From an uncultured Actinomycetes bacterium (lineage in GTDB: Bacteria; SZUA-79; Acidulodesulfobacterales; Acidulodesulfobacteraceae): a stretch of 64,000 nucleotides of DNA. The translations under genes were made by a program, and so were the position numbers. Position 1 is the stretch's first letter, and the number at the start of each line of letters is the position of its first letter. The stretch spans positions 67,908 to 131,907 of the forward strand of contig CAZVZU010000005.1 of the NCBI GenBank assembly GCA_964631685.1. The letters run 5' to 3'. A model generated the notes under the pieces. It was not told the origin of the DNA, did not search any database, and saw nothing but the letters and a program-made list of their open reading frames with translations. Below, in pieces: positions 30,513-39,513 of this stretch.

Positions 30513-32210
30513 TCACGCACAACAAGAAAGCTTAGATACATCCTTCGTAAACGTCTGTGCGCAAAGCTTTAGGCTCTCTGCCATAGTTGGATAGACCCCT
30601 ATTTCTCTGCCAATTCTTTCAACGGTGTAGTTATTTTGTATATATACGGATGCTTGCTGGATAGTTTCGGAAGAGTTATGGGCAAGTATATGTATCCCTA
30701 AAACCTTATCTGTTTCTTTTTCTGCTATCATCTTAACAAGCCCCTCAGTTTTGAATATTGCTTGTGCCTTGGGTGTATAACTAATGGGGAACAAGGCTTT
30801 TTTAATATTATAACCGGCTTTTACGGCTTGTTCCTCTGTGAATCCTACGGAAGATAGTTCGGGATCGGTAAAGGTTGCATGTGCAATAGTCAAATAATTA
30901 GTTTTTGTATGCGCGTTGTCCAAGAGATTATTCGCGGCAATCTTGCCTTCATAGGCTGCCGTAGTTACAAAAAACCATTTTCCCGCGATATCTCCTGCAG
31001 CATAGATATGATCTGCTGATGTTTTTAATTCATTATTTACTTCGATAAAACCGTTTTCGTCCGATTTCACTCCGGCTGCGGTTAGATTAAGCTCGGCAGA
31101 ATTACCTATGACCCCGGTTGCCATCAAAAATTCGTCAAATTCAATGATTTCTACGCCATTTTTAGTTTCTAACTCGGCATATTTCCGATCATCCTTTTTA
31201 TACAGTTTTTTAATTTTGGAATTCAATAATATTTCTATACCTTCTTTACGCAGGATATTTTCAAGCTCTTTAGAAATTTCAGGCTCTTCGTTTAATGCTA
31301 CCCTGTCCGCCCTGCCAACCATAACAACCCTTGAACCAAATCTGCTGAACATTTGTGCAAATTCGAGAGCAAGCGCTCTTGTCCCTTGTATCAAAAGAGT
31401 TTTTGGAATATATTTGATATTTAACAGTTCGTCATTTGTTATATAACCCGTATCCTCAAGGCCGGAAATATTCATTATTCTACTTTTAGAGCCAGTAGCT
31501 ATTATAAATTTTTCAGATGAAACAGTATACGGCTGTTCTGTTGTATTAACCGGCATTATCTCGATCCTGTTTTTTGAGATAAATTTACCGGTTCCATTTA
31601 TGAATTTTATTTGAGGGTATCCTTCTAGTACATTGTAATATTTTATCTGCCTTAAGGTCGTTAAGAGAATATCCTTTTCTTTGACGAGTGACTTTATATC
31701 TATAGATTTTTGTTTCACATCAATACCTTTATATTTATTGCACAAGGGTTCGTGGAATATCCTAGCGGCTTCTATTAAATGTTTGGACGGCACACAACCC
31801 CTATTAAGGCATGTACCTCCTATAACCCGGTTTTCAATGACGCATACCCTAAGGTTTTTTTCGGCGGCATAAATGGCAGACGAAAAAGCGGCGGAACCCC
31901 CTCCCAAAATAATAAGATCAAAATCGTAGCTGCTCGCGCTCAAAGCGTTCTTATGAGGTATCTTATCGTTATTTGTACCTGGATCTCCAATGTCCGAGAT
32001 CTCATATGCACCCGGCGCGTAACCGGCGCTGAGGATAGATGAGATGATTGTCTTGATATGAAGATTGTTATCTGTAACTATGTGTGATTTATTCTCGGTT
32101 AGAACGGTATCGATGCTTTGAACACCTGAGACACTGCCTATGTATTTGTTTATCTTTGCGACGCAATGTTCGCACGTCATACCATTTACTTCAATATCTA
32201 TTCCTTTCAT
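30513..32210 (-). CDS. merA: Mercuric reductase
   Basis: N-terminal HMA GMTCEHC, GGGSAA FAD motif, GGTCLNRGCVPSK, C-terminal LSCCA. Confidence 0.95.
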   Translation of the reverse strand: MKGIDIEVNGMTCEHCVAKINKYIGSVSGVQSIDTVLTENKSHIVTDNNLHIKTIISSILSAGYAPGAYEISDIGDPGTNNDKIPHKNALSASSYDFDLIILGGGSAAFSSAIYAAEKNLRVCVIENRVIGGTCLNRGCVPSKHLIEAARIFHEPLCNKYKGIDVKQKSIDIKSLVKEKDILLTTLRQIKYYNVLEGYPQIKFINGTGKFISKNRIEIMPVNTTEQPYTVSSEKFIIATGSKSRIMNISGLEDTGYITNDELLNIKYIPKTLLIQGTRALALEFAQMFSRFGSRVVMVGRADRVALNEEPEISKELENILRKEGIEILLNSKIKKLYKKDDRKYAELETKNGVEIIEFDEFLMATGVIGNSAELNLTAAGVKSDENGFIEVNNELKTSADHIYAAGDIAGKWFFVTTAAYEGKIAANNLLDNAHTKTNYLTIAHATFTDPELSSVGFTEEQAVKAGYNIKKALFPISYTPKAQAIFKTEGLVKMIAEKETDKVLGIHILAHNSSETIQQASVYIQNNYTVERIGREIGVYPTMAESLKLCAQTFTKDVSKLSCCA

Positions 32211-32231
32211 AAATACCTCCCCCTAAATTAT

Positions 32232-32624
32232 TTATAATTTTAAAATATCTAAAATAGGGCACTTCCTATTATTATTATTTTCTTCTTCGCACAATAATAT
32301 AAGGGATAAAAGTTCCTTGCGCATAAGGTTTAAAGAATTAATCTTTTTATCCATTTCATACACTTTTTCCTCAGCTAATTTTTTTACGTTCAAACATGTG
32401 TTGTATTTATTGTTGTCTAAATAAAAAAGTTTGGCAATCTGTTTTAAAGAAAAACCAATATTCTTTGCATGTCTTATAAAGCGTAAGATATTAACAGCTT
32501 TTTCTGGATATATCCTATAGCCAGATTCATTGACGTAAGGTTTGTTGATTAGGCCTATGCGCTCATAATATCTGATGGTCTGGGTGTTTAAACCAACCAC
32601 TTTGGCTAATTGTCCGATTGTCAT
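32232..32624 (-). CDS. merR: MerR-family metal-responsive regulator
   Basis: MTIGQLAK..TIRYYERIGL HTH; three Cys (TCL, LCE, KCPIL); adjacent to merA. Confidence 0.88.
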   Translation of the reverse strand: MTIGQLAKVVGLNTQTIRYYERIGLINKPYVNESGYRIYPEKAVNILRFIRHAKNIGFSLKQIAKLFYLDNNKYNTCLNVKKLAEEKVYEMDKKINSLNLMRKELLSLILLCEEENNNNRKCPILDILKL

Positions 32625-32651
32625 ATTCTGCACTTTTAACGTAATAATCTT

Positions 32652-32683
32652 ATTATAAACCTTATACTGCGGTATAAGGTCAA
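32652..32683 (-). promoter_or_regulatory. MerR-type promoter/operator
   Basis: Minus strand TTGACC-20bp-TATAAT with dyad ACCTTATAC-N4-GTATAAGGT (32659-32680). Confidence 0.88.
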
Positions 32684-32692
32684 GCATTGTAT

Positions 32693-33157
32693 CTAAAAGA
32701 TATGAAATATATTCTTAAAAGAGGTGACTGCCATAACATTTAAATAAAAATTAAGAATCGCATAGATGAATATGCTGACAAAAAGTGGGATAAAGAAAAA
32801 TAAAAAAATATTTCTTTCTTTTTTGTATATTAAGCCGAGTGTAAGCGAGATCATTGGCGTTCCGATAAACATCTGTCCCACAAAAAGACCTATAACAGAC
32901 CCGTATTTCAAAACGTAATCCTGAGCTTTTTTAGTCCTTTTAAAATTAGATAATCTACCGAATAACTTTAACGATTTTAATCTAAGCCCAATAAAGAATA
33001 AAATTGAACACACAAGTGTTTCGGACACAATTATGAGCGAAATACTAAGGAGAGGATTTAGTTTATTGGATACGGCATATAAAGTAGAGACATATTTTCC
33101 TACAGCCACATTGATTGTGATCAATATAAGATATTTGTAAAAAATTGATTGTAACAT
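32693..33157 (-). CDS. Hypothetical integral membrane protein (possibly small multidrug-export-like)
   Basis: About four hydrophobic segments; family is a weak guess. Confidence 0.55.
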   Translation of the reverse strand: MLQSIFYKYLILITINVAVGKYVSTLYAVSNKLNPLLSISLIIVSETLVCSILFFIGLRLKSLKLFGRLSNFKRTKKAQDYVLKYGSVIGLFVGQMFIGTPMISLTLGLIYKKERNIFLFFFIPLFVSIFIYAILNFYLNVMAVTSFKNIFHIF

Positions 33158-33307
33158 GAGTTTTAAAATAATATTAATGTGATGAAGGTGTGATTGCCTT
33201 CTAACGTATTTTGTTTTCGGTATTTTTTTGGTATAATCATAACTATAAATTATATATTTAATAAGGCGTAAAATAAACTAAAATTTATAATTTTGGTATT
33301 GTTAAAA

Positions 33308-33646
33308 ATGTATTGTTTTGCTCCAATTTCAGATATGTTTGAAACTGCAGAATCTATCGTTATACAGGTGGAGCTTGTAGGGGTCAGCAAGGAAGATATC
33401 AATATAACGCTCACAAACAGTCGCATTGAGGTTAGCGGTATAAAAAGACGCAAAGGAATTACAGGAAACGAAAGTTTTCAACGAATGGAAAGACCGTTTG
33501 GTTTTTTTAAAAGAGTTTTTGATTTACCTGATACTATAAATGCCAATTCCACTACGGCCTCATTCAATGACGGACTACTTGAGATAGTTGTGCTCAAAAG
33601 AAGTATCAGGGATAGCTTTACTTTATCAAGTATTGATATTGAATAG
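33308..33646 (+). CDS. Hsp20/alpha-crystallin small heat-shock protein
   Basis: ELVGVSKEDI, ERPFGFFKRVFDLP, ASFNDGLLEI. Confidence 0.9.
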   Translation: MYCFAPISDMFETAESIVIQVELVGVSKEDINITLTNSRIEVSGIKRRKGITGNESFQRMERPFGFFKRVFDLPDTINANSTTASFNDGLLEIVVLKRSIRDSFTLSSIDIE

Positions 33647-33751
33647 TTATAGCCGATAACCTTGCTGTACTGTAATATATTGATGGTATTAGATTTGGGT
33701 TGTGATAAAAGTGGTGAGAATACAATAATTTGACTGAGGGTAAAATTTATT

Positions 33752-36082
33752 ATGTTCAATTTAGATAATTATGAGGATAAGCTATCAGAAAGCGGATATA
33801 GAGTTCTTACCATCTCTATCGAAGAGTCTAAACGAAGAAAACATTACTATGTCGGGCCTGAACATATGCTCTACGCTTTAACGGTAGTCGACAGTGAACT
33901 TTTGGATGAAATATTTTTAGATTTAAAGGTAGATAAAGGAAAAGTTTTAAAGTTATTGAATGATTTTATGATGTCATCGGAGCAATACGTCGGTGAAGGT
34001 CTAAAAATACCCATTCAGACAAGAAATTTATTTAAAAGCGCTTATGATTATGCCCAAAGTTCTGGTAGGAATTTGATAGATTCGACCGATTTTCTTATGG
34101 TTATGTTCAGGGAGTCAAACTCTGTTCCGGTTAAAGTTTTTAAGGGTCTTAATATTGATTCTGTGATAATTGCAGACAAGATTTTTCAAAAAATTAGGGA
34201 AAGAAAAAATAGAAGTGACGAAAACAAAAGAAAATACGATTTGCCTTATACGTTGCGTCAGCATGCCATAAATCTTAGTAAACTTGCCGTTATGGATAAG
34301 TTGTCATTAGTTTTTGGTAGAGAAAAAGAGATCGCGAGGGTTATGGAAATATTGTGTCACATCGATAGGCCCAATTCAGCCATTATAGTAGGCGAGCCGG
34401 GTGTGGGTAAAACCGCAATAGTAGAAGGGCTTGCAAGAAAAATAGAACTTGAGCCCTATAACGTACCCCCGAGGCTCAGGAACAAAATTATCATAAATCT
34501 TCAAATGAATTCTTTGGTAGCGGGTACAGTATTCAGGGGGATGTTTGAGGATAGGCTGGAGAAAATTATAAACGAATTGAAGTCCAGGAAAAATATAATA
34601 GTTTTTATTGACGAGGTCCATTCTATAATAGGTGCCGGTTCTGCTATTGCCGTTCCAAGTGATGCTGCTAATATATTAAAGTCATCTCTAGCGAGAGGGG
34701 AAGTGCAGATAATAGGGGCGACCACGTTGTCAGAATACAAAGAGTTTATAGCGGAAGATGAGGCACTGGCTCGTCGTTTTCGGCTTGTCAATGTGAGGGA
34801 GCCCTCAATCAGTGATACTAAGAGGATTCTCTACGGATTAAAAAGAAGATTTGAAAATACCTATAATGTTGAAATAGAAGATTCTGCAATAGAGGAATCC
34901 ATGTTGTTATCCAATCGATATGCGAGATCGTTAAGGTTGCCGGATAAGGTTATAGAGTGGATAGACTCCGGGTGTGTTAAAGCGGAAATTTACAATGACG
35001 ATAGGGTTGTTAAGAAGGAAAATATATACCAAGTTATCTCTCAAGAAGCGAATATTCCTATAGATTTAATTAAACGAGATATACTTGAAAGATTCCAAAA
35101 TATGGAAGAGTTTTTCTCGAAACGGATTGTCGGACAAAAAGAGGCCGTGGATTCTCTTGCAAAACATATAAGGGTGAACAAGGGGCCGCTTAAAGGGAAT
35201 TTTGACAGACCAGATGCAGTACTTCTTTTTCTTGGCCCTACGGGGGTGGGCAAAACAGAGACGGCAAAGGTAATGGCAGAGTATATGTTCGGTTCCGGCA
35301 GAAATATTATAAGGGTTGATATGTCCGAGTATAAGGATGGATCTATCGCGGTAGATAAGCTTATTGGTATGCCGAGAGGTATCGTTGGTTCCGCAAGAGG
35401 AGGAATTTTAACCAATCAGGTTAAAGATAATCCTTATTCTATTATCTTGCTAGATGAAATAGAAAAAGCAAGTGATCAGGTTTTTAATCTATTTCTCCAA
35501 GTTTTTGATGAGGGCTTTCTTACAGATGGCAGAGGAAAAAGGGTTTATTTCTCTGATTCCATTATAATTATGACTTCAAATTTGGGTTCCCATGAGTTTG
35601 CTAGATTTACAAAGCCGTTGGGCTTTATTGAGTCACACGACGTTGTTAAGTCCATAAGAACTATTATAAACAAGGAAATAGAAAATTTTTTTTCGCCTGA
35701 GTTTATAAACAGAATTGACGATATTGTTATATTTTCGCCATTAACAAAGAAAGAGGTGAAACAAATAGCTAAAATGCATATAGATTCAGTTAATAGGGCC
35801 ATGTTAGAGCGGGGTAAAAATCTAAAGATTACGGATAAAGCATTAAATAAACTTGTTCTGCAGGGTTATAGTGCTAAATTTGGTGCAAGGTTTTTAAAAC
35901 GAACGATTGATGATGTTATTAAGGTTCCGTTGACATTGAAATGGAAGGAAGGGGATAGCTTTATAGCAGATTTGGTTAGTGGTAAGGTGAGCGTAATTGT
36001 GGACAGTAAATGTGAGTCGTCGGTAGAGGACAACGATAAAAATAATAAGAAAAGATACAAGGGGGAGCTTGGCTATGTTTGA
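33752..36082 (+). CDS. ClpA/ClpC-like AAA+ ATPase (ClpP-partner type)
   Basis: Clp N domain, Walker A GEPGVGKT and GPTGVGKT, LGF ClpP-docking loop. Confidence 0.9.
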   Translation: MFNLDNYEDKLSESGYRVLTISIEESKRRKHYYVGPEHMLYALTVVDSELLDEIFLDLKVDKGKVLKLLNDFMMSSEQYVGEGLKIPIQTRNLFKSAYDYAQSSGRNLIDSTDFLMVMFRESNSVPVKVFKGLNIDSVIIADKIFQKIRERKNRSDENKRKYDLPYTLRQHAINLSKLAVMDKLSLVFGREKEIARVMEILCHIDRPNSAIIVGEPGVGKTAIVEGLARKIELEPYNVPPRLRNKIIINLQMNSLVAGTVFRGMFEDRLEKIINELKSRKNIIVFIDEVHSIIGAGSAIAVPSDAANILKSSLARGEVQIIGATTLSEYKEFIAEDEALARRFRLVNVREPSISDTKRILYGLKRRFENTYNVEIEDSAIEESMLLSNRYARSLRLPDKVIEWIDSGCVKAEIYNDDRVVKKENIYQVISQEANIPIDLIKRDILERFQNMEEFFSKRIVGQKEAVDSLAKHIRVNKGPLKGNFDRPDAVLLFLGPTGVGKTETAKVMAEYMFGSGRNIIRVDMSEYKDGSIAVDKLIGMPRGIVGSARGGILTNQVKDNPYSIILLDEIEKASDQVFNLFLQVFDEGFLTDGRGKRVYFSDSIIIMTSNLGSHEFARFTKPLGFIESHDVVKSIRTIINKEIENFFSPEFINRIDDIVIFSPLTKKEVKQIAKMHIDSVNRAMLERGKNLKITDKALNKLVLQGYSAKFGARFLKRTIDDVIKVPLTLKWKEGDSFIADLVSGKVSVIVDSKCESSVEDNDKNNKKRYKGELGYV

Positions 36083-36563
36083 AGATGATAAGGATGCCGT
36101 AAAAAATGAAAAAGGTGAGAAACCGTTTAAGTTTATTGATAAAAGGAAATATTCAGAAGATTCAGTAGATTCTAATGATAAAGAGGGCAAGGTTGAGCAA
36201 AAAGATGTCGAAGTAGATGTTTCTTCTACTGAGAAAGATTTAAATTCGGACAAGTCTAACTTGGCTGATAAAACCGAGGATAATGCGCCAACTGCGGATA
36301 AGGTATCGGATATGTCCCAATTTGGAGCTGATTTTTCTACTTTTGTATATTCATTAAATACACAGGTCCTACTTTTTTTAGGGAAAATTCCAAATCCTAT
36401 GACTGGCAAATATGAAAAAGATATCAATATGGCAAAATATCTCATAGATACGATAGATATGCTCTCTAAAAAAACCAAGGGAAATCTTGATAAAAATGAA
36501 GAAAAGCTCATTGAAAATATTCTTTATGATTTAAGGATGGCGTTTGTTTCTGAAAATAAATAA
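36075..36563 (+). CDS. DUF1844 family protein
   Basis: FSTFVYSL..LGKIPNP..AKYLID..KTKGNL..LYDLRM. Confidence 0.82.
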   Translation: MFEDDKDAVKNEKGEKPFKFIDKRKYSEDSVDSNDKEGKVEQKDVEVDVSSTEKDLNSDKSNLADKTEDNAPTADKVSDMSQFGADFSTFVYSLNTQVLLFLGKIPNPMTGKYEKDINMAKYLIDTIDMLSKKTKGNLDKNEEKLIENILYDLRMAFVSENK

Positions 36564-36655
36564 TTATTTACCTATCCTCGTTTTATTGTTATTTTGTGAC
36601 ACCTGGAGGACGATTTCCTGAACTTATATGAGGATAGAGCTATAATGGAGTGCTT

Positions 36656-39271
36656 ATGAAACTTGATAATTTTACCATAAAATCACAGGAAGTTATAGAG
36701 TTAACTGTTAATGCAGCACGTGAGGACGATAGTTCTGAGGTAACGGATCTACACCTTCTTTATGCCCTTTTGACTTACGACGAAAATAGTATCGCTATTT
36801 CTCTGCTAAAAAGAATAGGTGTAGATTTAAATACTTTTTTGGGCGAGGTCAAAGATGCACTTTCTCAGCTCGTAACGGTAAAGGGGGGGCTCGATCCCGA
36901 TTTTTCTCCATCCTTAAAAAGGGTGCTTGATGCTGCCGAAAAAAACAGGGTGGCCATGAAGGATGATTTTGTTTCAGTGGAGCACTTTATATTGGCGCTT
37001 TTAGATGTTCGTAGCACTAAATCTTATGTAATTTTTGCAAAATATGGACTGAGCAAAGAGATTGTATTAAAGGCTCTTACAGAAATAAGAGGAAATATCA
37101 AGGTTACGGATCAAAATCCGGAAGATAAATACCAGGCATTGGAAAAATATACCGTCAATTTAACCAATCTTGCAAGATCAGGAAAAATTGATCCCGTCAT
37201 AGGCAGAGATAGTGAAATTAGACGTATAATGGAGGTTTTGTCGAGAAGGACCAAAAATAATCCTGTTCTTATCGGTGATCCGGGCGTCGGTAAAACCGCT
37301 ATAGTAGAGGGATTAGCCAAGAGAATCGCAGACGGAGATATTCCGGATACATTAAAGAATAAATCTGTTTTGTCGCTTGATCTGGGCTCTCTTATTGCTG
37401 GAGCAAAATATAGGGGTGAATTCGAAGATAGGCTCAAAGCAGTAGTAAAAGAAATAAAATCGTCTGAAGGGAAAATTATAATATTCATAGACGAGCTCCA
37501 TAATCTTGTTGGGGCAGGAAAGTCAGAGGGTGCGATGGATGCATCCAATTTATTAAAGCCGGCTTTAGCGAGGGGTGAGCTAAAGGCTATAGGTGCTACC
37601 ACAATTGATGAGTACAGAAAATATATAGAAAAGGATGCTGCGTTAGAGAGAAGATTTCAGCCGGTATTCGTAGATGAGCCATCCGTTGAGGATACAATAT
37701 CTATTTTACGGGGACTCAAAGAAAGATATGAGGCTTACCATGGTATAAGAATAAAGGATGCGGCACTGATTGCGGCAACGATGCTTTCTCACCGCTATAT
37801 TACGGACAGGTTTTTACCGGATAAGGCTATAGACTTAATAGATGAGGCTTCTGCAAGATTAAGAATAGAAATAGATTCATTACCGGCGGTTCTAGATGAT
37901 GTTCGAAGGAAAATTATTAAGATCAAAATAGAACAAGAGGCGTTAAAAAAAGAAAAGGATTCGGAATCCAAAAAAAGATTAAAGGAAATAGACGAAGAGC
38001 TTGCCAATTTAGAGGAGGATTTTAATCAGAAAAAGGCACAATGGCAAAATGAAAAAAATATGATTACAAAGATAGGAGAAACAAAAAAGGAGATAGATTC
38101 ATTAAAAGTTGAAGCACAGAGGTTTGAAAGAGAAGGGAAATACGATAAGGTTGCCGAGATCAGGTATGGCAAACTTAGTGAGTTAGAAAAAACGCTAGAA
38201 GATTTGAATAAGACTATAACCGAGATGCAGGAAGAGGGTGGATTTTTAAAGGAAGAGGTCGACTCTGACGATATAGCAAGGGTTGTTGCGAAGTGGACAG
38301 GTATACCGGTTACAAAGCTTATGGAGGGCGAGAAAAAAAAGCTTTTACTAATAGAGGATCACTTGCATAATCGCGTAATATCGCAGCACGAGGCGATAAG
38401 TAGTATTGCTAATACAATTAGGCGCTCTAGGGCAGGTTTATCCGATCAAAACAGGCCTATGGGTTCTTTTATGTTTTTAGGTCCTACGGGGGTTGGAAAA
38501 ACAGAGCTCGCCAAGGCACTTGCCGAATTTTTATTTGACGATGAAAGTAATATAGTGAGAATAGATATGTCGGAATATATGGAGAGACATACCGTTTCAA
38601 GGTTGATAGGCGCTCCTCCGGGCTACGTTGGTTACGAAGAGGGCGGACAATTAACCGAATCGGTTAGACGCCGTCCTTATAGTGTTGTGTTGTTTGACGA
38701 GGTAGAAAAGGCGCATAAGGATGTATTTAATGTATTATTGCAGCTTCTTGATGAAGGTCGCCTGACCGATGGGCAGGGAAAGACGGTAGATTTTAAAAAT
38801 ACGATTGTCATTATGACATCAAATATCGGTTCAGATGCTATACAGGGTTATAGTGGGAAAAACTATGAAGAGATGAAGAATAGTGTCATAGGGCTTTTGA
38901 AAAATTATTTTAGACCTGAATTTCTCAATAGGTTAGACGATGTAATTATCTTTCACGCTTTAACGGAAGCCGATATTTTAAAAATAGTGGATATCCAAGT
39001 TGACAAACTGAAAAAAATTCTTAAGGATAAGGATATCGAGGTTGATTATACAGAATCTGTAATTAAATTTATAGCTGCAGAGGGTTTTGATCCCGCGTAT
39101 GGCGCAAGACCGTTAAAAAGGACAATAAAAACCCTTTTGCAGGATAAAATAGCTATGGATTTACTTTCAGGCGGCATTGTTGCTGGAGATTCCATTATGA
39201 TTGATTATAAAGAAGAATCAGGCGGCATCGTAATAGAAAAGGTTGTGACGGTTTCAAGTGAGGATGTGTAA
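36656..39271 (+). CDS. clpB: Chaperone ClpB
   Basis: Two AAA+ domains, GAKYRG and GYVG pore loops, long coiled-coil M domain, no IGF loop. Confidence 0.96.
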   Translation: MKLDNFTIKSQEVIELTVNAAREDDSSEVTDLHLLYALLTYDENSIAISLLKRIGVDLNTFLGEVKDALSQLVTVKGGLDPDFSPSLKRVLDAAEKNRVAMKDDFVSVEHFILALLDVRSTKSYVIFAKYGLSKEIVLKALTEIRGNIKVTDQNPEDKYQALEKYTVNLTNLARSGKIDPVIGRDSEIRRIMEVLSRRTKNNPVLIGDPGVGKTAIVEGLAKRIADGDIPDTLKNKSVLSLDLGSLIAGAKYRGEFEDRLKAVVKEIKSSEGKIIIFIDELHNLVGAGKSEGAMDASNLLKPALARGELKAIGATTIDEYRKYIEKDAALERRFQPVFVDEPSVEDTISILRGLKERYEAYHGIRIKDAALIAATMLSHRYITDRFLPDKAIDLIDEASARLRIEIDSLPAVLDDVRRKIIKIKIEQEALKKEKDSESKKRLKEIDEELANLEEDFNQKKAQWQNEKNMITKIGETKKEIDSLKVEAQRFEREGKYDKVAEIRYGKLSELEKTLEDLNKTITEMQEEGGFLKEEVDSDDIARVVAKWTGIPVTKLMEGEKKKLLLIEDHLHNRVISQHEAISSIANTIRRSRAGLSDQNRPMGSFMFLGPTGVGKTELAKALAEFLFDDESNIVRIDMSEYMERHTVSRLIGAPPGYVGYEEGGQLTESVRRRPYSVVLFDEVEKAHKDVFNVLLQLLDEGRLTDGQGKTVDFKNTIVIMTSNIGSDAIQGYSGKNYEEMKNSVIGLLKNYFRPEFLNRLDDVIIFHALTEADILKIVDIQVDKLKKILKDKDIEVDYTESVIKFIAAEGFDPAYGARPLKRTIKTLLQDKIAMDLLSGGIVAGDSIMIDYKEESGGIVIEKVVTVSSEDV

Positions 39272-39285
39272 GGAAGACAGGTTTG

Positions 39286-39345
39286 ATTTGTCAATTTGAC
39301 AAATAGCAATATTGTAATTTTGACTATTATTATCACAATGACAAT
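39286..39345 (+). promoter_or_regulatory. Three TGTCA-N3-TGACA-like palindromes, candidate enhancer sites
   Basis: ATTTGTCAATTTGACAAAT (perfect), TGTAATTTTGACT, TATCACAATGACA. Confidence 0.6.
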
Positions 39346-39441
39346 ATAGATTAAGAACTATGAGCTGTTTTTTAGCGTTAAATTTTTTTTAATATAGCAA
39401 ATGTACACTGTTCGGCAGATTTACCAAAATAAAATATATTA

Positions 39442-39457
39442 TGGCATAGTTGTTGCT
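39442..39457 (+). promoter_or_regulatory. Sigma54 (-24/-12) promoter for degP
   Basis: TGGCATAGTTGTTGCT = GG-N10-GC. Confidence 0.75.
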
Positions 39458-39513
39458 TCTTTATATCACATGAAAACAATTAAGATTTTAACTTACTGGA
39501 GGTTTTGAAAATT

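Noticed and set aside
30513..32210. Dihydrolipoamide dehydrogenase (the missing glycine cleavage L protein)
   Set aside because: HMA domain, C-terminal CC pair and adjacent merR identify it as MerA
32625..32687. Longer merR N-terminus from the ORF track
   Set aside because: It would overlap the MerR promoter/operator; ATG 32624 fits the HTH start
36630..36656. CIRCE element before clpB
   Set aside because: Only a right-half-like GAGTGCTTA is present; no TTAGCACTC 9 bp upstream
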